Source: Prochloron didemni P4-Papua_New_Guinea
GTDB lineage: Bacteria; Cyanobacteriota; Cyanobacteriia; Cyanobacteriales; Prochloraceae
Length of the DNA stretch: 64,000 bases
Direction of reading: 5' to 3'
Assembly (NCBI GenBank): GCA_000252485.1
Contig: JH610785.1
Coordinates: forward strand, 164 to 64,163
Part shown: positions 26,322 to 35,226 of the stretch, one piece after another
Position numbering within the stretch: the stretch's first letter is position 1
Layout: each line of letters opens with the position of its first letter
Made by a program: the position numbers and the translations under genes
Notes under the pieces: generated by a model
Told to the model about the DNA's origin: nothing
Database searches by the model: none
What the model saw: the letters and a program-made list of their open reading frames with translations, nothing else

Positions 26322-29300
26322 CTAATGCTTGCTGGTAGTTATTTCTAGCTTCATCCCATTCTCTTGATTCCTGGGCAAGATTTCCCAATTGGTGGTAGGT
26401 TCCAGCTTGAGGATAGCGATCCCGAAGGGATCCGCAAAGAGTGCGCCGTATTCAATTAAGATTGCAAGAGCTTGCTGGTAATTATTTCTAGCTTCATCCC
26501 ATTCTCTTAATCGAGAGGCAACATTTCCTAATTCGTAGTAGATTGTAGCTTGAGAATAGCGATCACCGTATTCAATAAAGATAGCTAAAGCTTGCTGGTA
26601 GTTGTTTCTAGCTTCATCCCATTCTCTTAATTCAAAGGCAACTATTCCTAATTCGTGGTAGCTTCCAGCTTGAGAATAGTGCTCGCTGTATTCGATATAG
26701 ATAGCTAAAGCTTGATGGTAATTATTTCTAGCTTCATCCCATTCTTTTAATTCAAAGGCAACTCTTCCTAACTGGTGGTAGGCAGTAGCAAGTGTTGACT
26801 GTTTCTGCCTTTCTTCTATACCCGTTAGTTGCTGAGTTAGTTCGATCGCTTGCTTATAAGATTCTCTTGCTTGTAAGTAATTGTTTGTTTCTAAATAACC
26901 AGTACCTAGCCTCTGTAGAGTTAATACAATGTGAAGTCCTATTCTAGCAATTCTAATTTCCTCTGGATAAGCTTGCTGTGCTTCCCAGACAAACTCAGCT
27001 AGTTTCAAGCTAGTAGCAAAATCCTTAATTAACTCTAAGTATTTAAACAAACAGAAGAAGATATCAACAGTCTCGTGCTTCTTCAGACAAAGGAGCAGAG
27101 CATTATAGAGATTTTCATATTCCAGACGACAGACGAAAATGCCCCATTGACGTTTTTGAGCTTCTTTAGAGTTCATCAAATCATTATAATAAAAATTTCC
27201 CAACTCTACATAATAGTTCTTAAATCCCTCTTCTAAAGCTTCTCTAGTCTCCTCATCTAATTTATTTAACTTAGCTTTCAAGAAATAGGGAAATATCGGT
27301 TGAATGCTTAACAGTTGAGCAGAGTCTGGATTAGGAGAGAGCAAACCCCAGTTAATAGCTTCTTCTATAGCAAAGTCAAACTTATCAAAAGGGTAATCCT
27401 TGAATGGTTCTAGTTTTTGTAGTTTCTCTGCATAATAAGAAATGCCAGGATTGAAAATAAACCCACTAAAAGGAGCCAAACACAACAACAACTTTTGCGC
27501 ATCAGGAGACAAATTACTATGAGAATACTCCACGCATTTCAGAATGCTTCTAGTCTTATCCTCGCTCCCGGAATCCACAGTAACATCAGCAGCGTGCAAC
27601 CCTTCCAAAACCTCCCCCGGAGATTTATTTTTCAGATTAGCCAGCACCACTTCCATGGCCAAAGGATACCCAGCCAAAACTTTCATCAACCGCTGGAACT
27701 TCTCATCTTCCTTTATTGTTTCAATCCGATTTCCGACCACATTCCGTTCCAAAATCCTCTGAGCCAACAAAGTCCGAGCTTCCCAATCCAAACCTTTCAG
27801 CTCGTAAACATTATGCTCAAAAGTTCTTGCTTTCAACCAATCTTCCCTACTACGAGAACCCAAAATTACTTTTGTCTTCCCTCCTACCAACCTTTCCAAG
27901 AAATCCTTCAGCTTCTGTCTCTCCTCCTGGGGTAAAGTATTCTGAATTGCCAATTGCTCTCCCGTCACCGATTCCAAATTATCCAGCATCAAGATATAAT
28001 CATTAGCTCGGAAAATATCAATTATCTCTTCCACTTGGACTTCTACTGGCATAGTTTGAAAGATTGCTCTTTCTGTTTCATCTTCATAGAGCCAAGAACC
28101 GAGATTAAATACAATTTGCTGTATATTCCAGGCTTTCTCATCGTAACCAAAATAAAACACCTGACGAGCAAAATTAGTAGTTTGCCACCATTGACGGAGA
28201 TAATTGAGTAAAGTAGTTTTTCCCGTTCCTCCCATTCCTTGTAACAGCAAAACATTGTTGGTTTCGACGACACTATCGTGGGTTGAGGGTCGTCGAAACC
28301 CACGACCCAGTAATCTTTTTTCTATTTTCAATATCTCCAAATCTCTCCCCACAAACCCATAGGTAGGAGTAGGAAACCGATAGCTTTTACTTCGCTGCAG
28401 CAAATATTCTCTTTTCTCTGGTAGAGTAAATTCTCGCAAATTCAAATTAACCTGTTGATGGCAGTAAACCACAGGTAAAAGCCAATCTTCCAAATTAATC
28501 TTTTGATTATAACGAGCTGCTCTTTCTTTATTGTTAAATAATTCCCGTCTACTCAAGCGCAAAGCTTCATTAATATTTTTTTCCTTAAACAGCTCCGTAT
28601 ACAGCTTAGTAATAGTCAATTTCGCCGCAGAAACAGTGATGGAATAGGCCATAGCTACAACCATTTGCATTCCTGCAGTCATCAGTCTGCTACCCAAACT
28701 TGTTTCCCCACTTGTTTCCCGCTCATCTGTTGCTTGAGTTTCTGCTTTTGTTTCTTCATCCGGCGAGATTTGTTTTGCCGACTGACAAGCATTGAGAATG
28801 CAAATCGGAATGCTTTTCCCAGTTAATAAATCTGCTAACTGTTCCGCTTCTACCGGGTCAGCTTTACCTTTCGTTTCCGTTTCTAAGAAAAGAAAAGCTT
28901 TCACTCCCGAGTAGGGAGCTAAAAAGGATGGTCTTCCGTAGGGAGAGTCATATAAATGAGGATTTAGCTGAGTTTGTTGCCGAATCTGTTCGTATTCTTC
29001 GTACTTCAACAACCCTCCATGAACGTCAAAGTGAATGATGTGATAAAATCCGCTTCCCTTCTCTTCCAAATGTCTTTCCAAAGCTTCGTAAGTCCCCGGA
29101 CGAAGTAATTCAACCTTTACTCTCAGCTTCGAGTTTTGAATCGCTTCTATCAGAGGTCGAGAAATAGTTCGATAACCTACATCATCTTCTTCATTTGGTC
29201 TTGCTGTTACTACTAATAAGTTGATAACGGGAGATTCTGCTACTTTCCCTTGAGTGGAAACCGGTTTGACGTATTTCCGCAACATGATACAATCTACAGC

Positions 29301-29684
29301 AAAAGGTCGCGGTAAATCCGGGTCTCGTAAAGCTTCCCAATGTATTGCTTGAAATTCTGGGGTGCGACTGACAATTTCAATTGTTACTTGAGCTAAGTTA
29401 TTTCTTTCTTGTCTGTAATTGCTGTAAGCATCTCGATTAATAAAAACTTGTTCAAACAGGTTTTCTCCATAGGTTTTGATACTGGTAACGGCGTTGTTTG
29501 CTCTCACTTTATCCAGCATGGGCCATTGCAGCCAATGTTCAAAATACCACTCTAGTTGTCGTTCTTGTTTGGAGTTGAAAGGGTTGGTAATGGTAATGGG
29601 ATATTCGTCGGTCTGGTCGAAGCTTAGGGTAGCTTCAAATCCTGTTTCTAGTTTTCTTTCTTCTTTAATGGTTATTGTTTTCAT
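26322..29684 (-). CDS. CHAT (caspase-like) protease - P-loop NTPase (NB-ARC/STAND-like) - TPR protein, C-terminally truncated
   Basis: Numbered from the Met at 29684. Caspase-like dyad: HIIHFDVHGG (H~222) and ICILNACQSAK (C~300). FVGRD..LLLQGMGGTGKTTLL is a Walker A (~483-490) and ILMLDNLE a Walker B. More than 7 TPR units follow. Confidence 0.8.
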   Translation of the reverse strand: MKTITIKEERKLETGFEATLSFDQTDEYPITITNPFNSKQERQLEWYFEHWLQWPMLDKVRANNAVTSIKTYGENLFEQVFINRDAYSNYRQERNNLAQVTIEIVSRTPEFQAIHWEALRDPDLPRPFAVDCIMLRKYVKPVSTQGKVAESPVINLLVVTARPNEEDDVGYRTISRPLIEAIQNSKLRVKVELLRPGTYEALERHLEEKGSGFYHIIHFDVHGGLLKYEEYEQIRQQTQLNPHLYDSPYGRPSFLAPYSGVKAFLFLETETKGKADPVEAEQLADLLTGKSIPICILNACQSAKQISPDEETKAETQATDERETSGETSLGSRLMTAGMQMVVAMAYSITVSAAKLTITKLYTELFKEKNINEALRLSRRELFNNKERAARYNQKINLEDWLLPVVYCHQQVNLNLREFTLPEKREYLLQRSKSYRFPTPTYGFVGRDLEILKIEKRLLGRGFRRPSTHDSVVETNNVLLLQGMGGTGKTTLLNYLRQWWQTTNFARQVFYFGYDEKAWNIQQIVFNLGSWLYEDETERAIFQTMPVEVQVEEIIDIFRANDYILMLDNLESVTGEQLAIQNTLPQEERQKLKDFLERLVGGKTKVILGSRSREDWLKARTFEHNVYELKGLDWEARTLLAQRILERNVVGNRIETIKEDEKFQRLMKVLAGYPLAMEVVLANLKNKSPGEVLEGLHAADVTVDSGSEDKTRSILKCVEYSHSNLSPDAQKLLLCLAPFSGFIFNPGISYYAEKLQKLEPFKDYPFDKFDFAIEEAINWGLLSPNPDSAQLLSIQPIFPYFLKAKLNKLDEETREALEEGFKNYYVELGNFYYNDLMNSKEAQKRQWGIFVCRLEYENLYNALLLCLKKHETVDIFFCLFKYLELIKDFATSLKLAEFVWEAQQAYPEEIRIARIGLHIVLTLQRLGTGYLETNNYLQARESYKQAIELTQQLTGIEERQKQSTLATAYHQLGRVAFELKEWDEARNNYHQALAIYIEYSEHYSQAGSYHELGIVAFELREWDEARNNYQQALAIFIEYGDRYSQATIYYELGNVASRLREWDEARNNYQQALAILIEYGALFADPFGIAILKLEPTTNWEILPRNQENGMKLEITTSKH
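26422..26444. repeat. 23-nt micro-insertion (copy 1; causes the premature stop at 26322)
   Basis: Identical 23-mer. The translation changes from EYGDRYSQA to EYGALFADPFGIAIL. Confidence 0.85.
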
Positions 29685-29859
29685 GAACCGCAGATGAACA
29701 CAGATGAACGCAGATGATTTAGGATGGATTGGGGAGATGATTTGATTGTTTTTGTTGTTGGTAAAATTTATGAGTAGGGTGCGTTCGTAACGCACCGGCC
29801 AAAATTTAGAAGAAACTTTCCTAATTTGCTAACATTTTTCTATATTATTAGATTAAATC

Positions 29860-30060
29860 TCAAAATTTCGGGCGCAATCCCGCTTGCTTACAAATTTGAT
29901 TTGCTGTAATCCGAGCGAATGTTTTATGTCGTTTAACTGGTATTGTTTTCCTCTCGTTAGTATAAATTGAATGATTCCCACCTTCTCTGAGAAGATAGAA
30001 GCCATTTTTTTTGAGATAAGATAATAGGTCACGCCGTTTGACTGACATAATTAACCTCAA
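29860..30060 (-). CDS. hicA: type II toxin HicA (mRNA interferase)
   Basis: 66 aa; RDLLSYLKKNGFYLLREGGNHSIYTN...IPVKRH matches the HicA signature. Confidence 0.8.
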   Translation of the reverse strand: MRLIMSVKRRDLLSYLKKNGFYLLREGGNHSIYTNERKTIPVKRHKTFARITANQICKQAGLRPKF

Positions 30061-30268
30061 TTGGCATTTGCTCTATTAAACTATTTCCCAAGGGTATTTC
30101 TTGGTTTTGCTCTCTATAAGCTAATACCATTTCTTTTGCTGCATCTCGCAACATGAGGCGACATTCTTCCAAGTCTTTTCCTTCCGTAACCACTTCGGGC
30201 CATTCCACCAATTGTCCCATATAACCTGCATCAATTTTAGTGTATTTCGCGGTGTAAGTTTGAATCAT
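30029..30268 (-). CDS. hicB: type II antitoxin HicB
   Basis: 79 aa; Y.A.....D.GYMGQLVEWPEVVTEGKDLEECRLMLRDA. Overlaps hicA by 32 nt. Confidence 0.75.
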   Translation of the reverse strand: MIQTYTAKYTKIDAGYMGQLVEWPEVVTEGKDLEECRLMLRDAAKEMVLAYREQNQEIPLGNSLIEQMPIEVNYVSQTA

Positions 30269-30289
30269 GACTTTTAACTCGATCTAATC

Positions 30290-30508
30290 TTAGGTAATAC
30301 CATCAATGGGAGGTATAGGATCTCCATGAATCAAGCTAACGAGAAGCCAATCTTCCAAAACAGACTGTAGTTCAGAACGACAAGCTTCTAGGGTTTCAGC
30401 ATTGGATATTACACCTTGTAATCCCCATATTGTTCCTACAAATGTATTATCTTCAATCAGCTCGTAGTGAGCTTTCTTCATGGCGGCTCGAACATAATCT
30501 GTAATCAT
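30290..30508 (-). CDS. HicB-like (DUF1902-type) small protein
   Basis: 72 aa; ..FVGTIWGLQGVISNAETLEACRSELQSVLEDWL resembles the HicB N-terminal fold signature. Confidence 0.5.
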   Translation of the reverse strand: MITDYVRAAMKKAHYELIEDNTFVGTIWGLQGVISNAETLEACRSELQSVLEDWLLVSLIHGDPIPPIDGIT

Positions 30509-30611
30509 TTAACAACTTATTCCATCTAAAAGCTCAATCTCTAAAAAAATTCAAGCCAAAAACAAACAACCAACAACCAACAACCAACAACAAATAACCA
30601 ACAACAAATAA

Positions 30612-31016
30612 TTAACATAATGGTAAAAGCGGTTTTTCTGGAGAACGGGGATTTGGGATCAGTTTTTTCTCTAAAGGAGATATGTGCCAGTCCATCTCTT
30701 CCAGAGGAACTGCTCCTAGTAAAGGCTCTGCACCATGAGGAAGTTCTATTGTACGAACATGACAAATGCGCTCGCCAACTTCCACCTCTACCATTCCAAA
30801 TAATCGGTATTCATGCTCTCCCCCATCAGCAGTATAAACCCTCACCGCCCCTAATTGTTCTAATTTGAGTCGGCTGATTATTTCTACCGGAAGAGCTAGT
30901 TCTGCAGCTCCAGAATCTACCAAAGCATCGCATGTAATATCTTCTCCTCTTTTGTCTTCTGGCAGAAATCGGTTTTGCCAATTTTTGAGTTTGATTGGTA
31001 CGGTAAATACTCCCAT
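30612..31016 (-). CDS. retropepsin-like (clan AA) aspartic protease
   Basis: 134 aa with ALVDSGAAELALP (a D-S-G-A active-site motif). The size fits a single-lobe dimerising protease. Confidence 0.6.
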   Translation of the reverse strand: MGVFTVPIKLKNWQNRFLPEDKRGEDITCDALVDSGAAELALPVEIISRLKLEQLGAVRVYTADGGEHEYRLFGMVEVEVGERICHVRTIELPHGAEPLLGAVPLEEMDWHISPLEKKLIPNPRSPEKPLLPLC

Positions 31017-31117
31017 TTTTGTTTTGCCTCCACTCCATTATAATTATATTTTAACAAACAACCAACAACCAACAACCAACAACAAACAACAAATAACCAA
31101 CAACAAATAACCAACAA

Positions 31118-31558
31118 CTAATTCACATAATCAAGAAACTGTTCTGGAACAACTCTCAACTCCCCTGACTTACACTTTTCCCAATCCACCCAAAGAGCAG
31201 TTTTTTCCTTATCCTTTTCCTTAAAAGTCAAGCTTTCCAACTCATAAAACTTCTTATCCACAAAATCGCACTCATAAAGTTGAATAATCTCGTGACCTTG
31301 TTTACCGTTAAAAGTAAAAATACTTTCCAAACAACCTAAATAGTGAATATTGGTTAGTTCCGCACTAATTTCTTCTTGAAACTCTCTTACTAAAGCTTCG
31401 CGGCTAGTTTCCCCAAACTCTACTCCACCTCCCATGGCCCGATAAAAAGTCTCGTTTTTGACAGAATCGAAACCTTGAGAAAGAAACAGATAATTTTCCT
31501 TCCTCACTATGCCCAAAGCTAAAAAGCGAATTTTCGTCTTAAAACCCATCAATAACAA
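31118..31558 (-). CDS. NUDIX hydrolase
   Basis: Nudix box GGGVEFGETSREALVREFQEEI. Confidence 0.8.
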   Translation of the reverse strand: MLLMGFKTKIRFLALGIVRKENYLFLSQGFDSVKNETFYRAMGGGVEFGETSREALVREFQEEISAELTNIHYLGCLESIFTFNGKQGHEIIQLYECDFVDKKFYELESLTFKEKDKEKTALWVDWEKCKSGELRVVPEQFLDYVN

Positions 31559-31661
31559 TCCTTAAGCTAAGATTCAACAACCAAAATCAATATTAATCCG
31601 CTTTCATCGTGGCACAGGCATCTTGCCTGTGACTTCATCTGCGTTCATCTGCGGTTCAAAC

Positions 31662-32102
31662 TCAACCTATCATAGAATCCGGTTGCTTTACTGTGGCCCA
31701 ATCTTCATTTTCCCCTCCTACAATCAACCGCTTCAAACTAACATATTCTCGATTCAATTGGATTAAACCATTAATCAAAACATCCAAAGCAAAAGCATCA
31801 CTAGTACCTAAATCGATCCAACATCTTCCCCAAACACCTCTATACTCAAAATCAGCCATATTGTGCATGGAAGCCATCATTACTTCTCCAGCAGCAGTTA
31901 CATCATAATCCATATAACTTATCTCAACTCCCTCTTCCTGCACTTGCAGGTTTTCCGCATTAAAACCGCCCAACCTTCCTAAATAATACCAAGAATTAAA
32001 TAGCTCTTCGATATACTGAGTTTCCATTGGTGCGGGAACGGTCTCAAACTCCAGCCAGATCCAAAGGTCAAAAGGATTAAATTCGCGAAACTCTACTTCC
32101 AT
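31662..32102 (-). CDS. conserved hypothetical protein (possibly DUF3531-type)
   Basis: 146-aa acidic protein (..SWYYLGRLGGFN.., ..WIDLGTSD..). The family assignment is from memory only. Confidence 0.5.
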   Translation of the reverse strand: MEVEFREFNPFDLWIWLEFETVPAPMETQYIEELFNSWYYLGRLGGFNAENLQVQEEGVEISYMDYDVTAAGEVMMASMHNMADFEYRGVWGRCWIDLGTSDAFALDVLINGLIQLNREYVSLKRLIVGGENEDWATVKQPDSMIG

Positions 32103-32343
32103 ATTTTTGATAGTTGATAGTTGATAGTTGATAGTTGATAGTTGATAGTTGACAGTTAATACAGCAACCGGTTGGTTGCCCTCTCTTATAGCAATCCCCA
32201 GGACAATTGCTATAACTATTCTCTTTAAACTCTAAGTATATGTTAGAGTGTTAGTGTATCTATGAGAATAATCAATTTCTACAATACTAATGAGCTTTTA
32301 GCTAACGACCATATATCTAATCCCTCGTTCACTACTATAAGCC

Positions 32344-33522
32344 ATGTTGACCATTTTATCACTCATTCCCAGCTACCTCATCTTCTTCGCCCTCCTCTTC
32401 GTGATTCTGCCCACCATCGTGGCTATTTTCCTCCGCTACTCCCTTTACCAGCACCTACTGCGGTTGAGCAAAAGACTCAAGCGACTGCTGAGGGGCGATA
32501 GAACTGGAGAACAGCCTCCCATAGTGCAACAACTAGAGCAAAGGTTGCAAGACACCCAGGGGAACTTAGAACAAATTAACACTCCAGCCATTATCGAAGC
32601 AATTTACAGCCAAGAGAAATTTCCCTTCTTGTCCCTTTCTTTGCGCTGCGAACAAATTGACTATTTCAACCGCATTCTCCCCAACTTACTCCTCTCCTTC
32701 GGACTCCTGGGTACGTTTTTGGGCATCACTATTAATCTAGCTGGTCTCAGTCAAACTATCTCCCAAGTGGAAATAGCCGATATTCAAAGTTTGGTAGAAC
32801 AATTGAATCAACCCCTCCAAGGCATGGGCATTGCTTTTGTCACCAGTTTAGTAGCTGTAGCTTGCAGTTCCCTGCTCATCGTTATCAATTTCTTCTGGAA
32901 TACTACTCTGGCCAAATCTACTTTAATCAATAACATTGAAGACTATCTGGACAATATCTATTTGCCTCAATTACCCATTCAATCTCCCATGGAAAAGGCA
33001 GTGGAGCGCCTTGTAGGTGAATTTGGCGGTTTTTTAACCCAATTTGGGGAAACGGTAGAGCAAGCGGTAGTTCACTCCATTGGGGAACCAGTACAGCAAA
33101 TTGTCAAGGAGAATAGGAAAACCAGCGAATTAGCGGGACAAGTTTACAGCGGCATGCTGGATTCCTCCTCTACTATAGCCCAAGGAGCCACCAGTTTCCG
33201 CCAAGCAGCCAGTACTATTGACCAAAGCAATTTTGCGGAAAAATTAGCTAACGCTACTGCAGATTTAGCCATCGCTCAAGGAGAGTTTGCTCAATCTTCT
33301 AAGGTCTTAAAACGTTCAACTCAGTCTTTAGACCAAACCTTAGAAACCTTGAAAAAATCCGTGCAGCAAATGGTGGAAATTACCACGGAAATTACCACCA
33401 TTAATCAACAATACGCTCAAACCTTTGCTTCCGCTCAAAAGCGCATGGCAACGGAAGAAGCGGACTTAAAGCAAATTAAATCCCAAATTACCGATTTAGT
33501 AGATAGCTTGAAAAAGGTATAA
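32344..33522 (+). CDS. MotA/TolQ/ExbB-type proton-channel protein with ~200-aa coiled-coil C-terminal extension
   Basis: N-terminal TM, then LLLSFGLLGTFLGI and PLQGMGIAFVTSLVAVACS (MotA/ExbB channel signatures), then an A/Q/S/T-rich helical tail. Confidence 0.65.
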   Translation: MLTILSLIPSYLIFFALLFVILPTIVAIFLRYSLYQHLLRLSKRLKRLLRGDRTGEQPPIVQQLEQRLQDTQGNLEQINTPAIIEAIYSQEKFPFLSLSLRCEQIDYFNRILPNLLLSFGLLGTFLGITINLAGLSQTISQVEIADIQSLVEQLNQPLQGMGIAFVTSLVAVACSSLLIVINFFWNTTLAKSTLINNIEDYLDNIYLPQLPIQSPMEKAVERLVGEFGGFLTQFGETVEQAVVHSIGEPVQQIVKENRKTSELAGQVYSGMLDSSSTIAQGATSFRQAASTIDQSNFAEKLANATADLAIAQGEFAQSSKVLKRSTQSLDQTLETLKKSVQQMVEITTEITTINQQYAQTFASAQKRMATEEADLKQIKSQITDLVDSLKKV

Positions 33523-33558
33523 CAAACTATAATTTAGATCTAATAAGGTGCGATCGCT

Positions 33559-34371
33559 ATGGGCAAACGCAAGAGACAGGTTTACTCAGAAGAGCTGAAT
33601 ATTTGGCCATCTTTCACCGACTTAATGGCCAATGCTTTTATGATTCTCAGCTTATTTTTACTTCTGGCGTTATTTAAATCCTTATTCTTAAAATACACTG
33701 CGGATGAAACGGAAGAGGATTTAATCGCATTGCAGCAAGAAGTAACCGGACTGCAAAATCAGTTGCAACAAAGAACTAACCGAGTGACTCAGTTGGAAAG
33801 GGAACGAGGAAGTTTACGCGATCAATTACAGCAAAATCGCAATCAAGTCAATCAATTACAATCGGAAGTACAGAGATTAAAATCAGCTCCCCCAGTAGTG
33901 GTAATTGAAAATTCCGGGGAATATCAATTTGAATCCGGTAGTGCAGAATTACCCAACCAACTTAAGAGTTATATTGCCACGGACTTAGTGGGAAGAATTG
34001 AAGCCATTACTCGATCCAGAAATATCTATGTAGTAGAAATAATCGGTCATACTGACGGTCAAATTAATAACACTAGGAGTAACTTAGATTCTGCCTTAGA
34101 AGAAGTAGCCAGCGGCAGAAAACCAGTTAATATTCTTAGAGCTGGTTCTAATGCGGACTTGGGTTTAATGCGGGCTTTAGAAGTAGCAAAAGAGTTGCAG
34201 GAAATCCAGAAAACTGGAAGGTTGGCGGGATTGGAATTTCGCGCCTATTCTGCAGCTCAATTACTGTTACCTAACGGTAATTTTGCCCCTGTGGATCGCA
34301 ATCCAGATAAGAATAGAAGAAGAATTGAAATCAGGTTCTCGCCTTTGGGAGAAGCAGAAACTATTAGGTAG
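33559..34371 (+). CDS. MotB/OmpA-type protein (TM with conserved Asp, coiled coil, OmpA-like peptidoglycan-binding domain)
   Basis: WPSFTDLMANAFMIL (MotB-type TM with Asp), an LQ-rich coiled coil, and FESGSAEL...IIGHTDG....N..LGLMRALEV...L....RRRIEIRF. Confidence 0.7.
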   Translation: MGKRKRQVYSEELNIWPSFTDLMANAFMILSLFLLLALFKSLFLKYTADETEEDLIALQQEVTGLQNQLQQRTNRVTQLERERGSLRDQLQQNRNQVNQLQSEVQRLKSAPPVVVIENSGEYQFESGSAELPNQLKSYIATDLVGRIEAITRSRNIYVVEIIGHTDGQINNTRSNLDSALEEVASGRKPVNILRAGSNADLGLMRALEVAKELQEIQKTGRLAGLEFRAYSAAQLLLPNGNFAPVDRNPDKNRRRIEIRFSPLGEAETIR

Positions 34372-34431
34372 TTGTTGGTTGTTGGTTGTTGGTTATTTGT
34401 TATTTGTTATTTGTTATTTTTTGTTTGTTCG
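34371..34431. repeat. heptamer array (TTGTTGG/TTATTTG)n
   Basis: Read directly; begins at the stop codon of the MotB-like gene. Confidence 0.9.
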
Positions 34432-34476
34432 TTAATTTAATATTATACATTCAATCATCCGGTAGTTTGTTTTTGA

Positions 34477-34629
34477 TGGACTAAAAGAAAGTTGGTTGGA
34501 AGGAGACACTTCCAAAGGAACGCTACCTAGCGGAGGGGCGGAAGTACATTTGTTTAGCGGAGTCGATCTCGAAACATGGCCTGCTCCAACCGATTCTCAT
34601 TCGCCCCAGTCAGAATAGAGAGGGTTAAG
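34477..34629 (+). pseudogene. ParB/Srx-like N-terminal domain fragment
   Basis: Open frame without an ATG: ..LAESISKHGLLQPILIRP.. resembles the ParB-N box (LaeSIk.hGllqPi.vR). Only ~50 codons. Confidence 0.3.
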
Positions 34630-35226
34630 TACCTCTAGTTCTTCTCCAGTTTTTGTTCATGGCAAATACTCCCTCAAGTTGGTAGAGTTGTCTCTGCTAC
34701 ATTTTATCGTGGGGAATGTAGCAGAGACAACAAAATGGTTGCAAAATTGTTTGCTTTTCGGTCATCAAATAATGCAAAGAAATGTATATTTTTGTAACTT
34801 TTTTCGCTAAAACAACTTTTTTGTTTTGAAAAGTTTGTTATTTCATAACCCTTTTATATCAAGAGATTTGGGGGGTTTGGATTTTCGGGAAAGAAAATCG
34901 TGATCGCGCTTCGGTGAAACAAAATGATAATTGTCTTTAATCTTTCGTAACAGACTTGGCAGTTTTTGATAATTTCTCAGCTTGACTCTCTGGGATTGGC
35001 GAGGTAATATAAAAGCATAGAACGTAAATCAATCGTTTTGTTATCGAACTTAATTTTGTCTCAGGAGCCGACGGGATTTATCGTTCTTTTATCAGCCTAA
35101 GTCTAAAAATATTACCGTTTTGACTTAGATTATAACTCAATCATCTCTCGTTTGGCCGAGCATTCGATGCACAAATCTAACGTGTCAACGAGCGATCACT
35201 CTTCGTGGAAGGAGGCTTACCCGATT

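Noticed and set aside
34741-34800. NtcA/CRP-like site (GTATATTTTTGTAAC) upstream of pflB
   Set aside because: It matches GTA-N8-TAA rather than GTA-N8-TAC. The region is AT-rich, so such near-matches are expected by chance.
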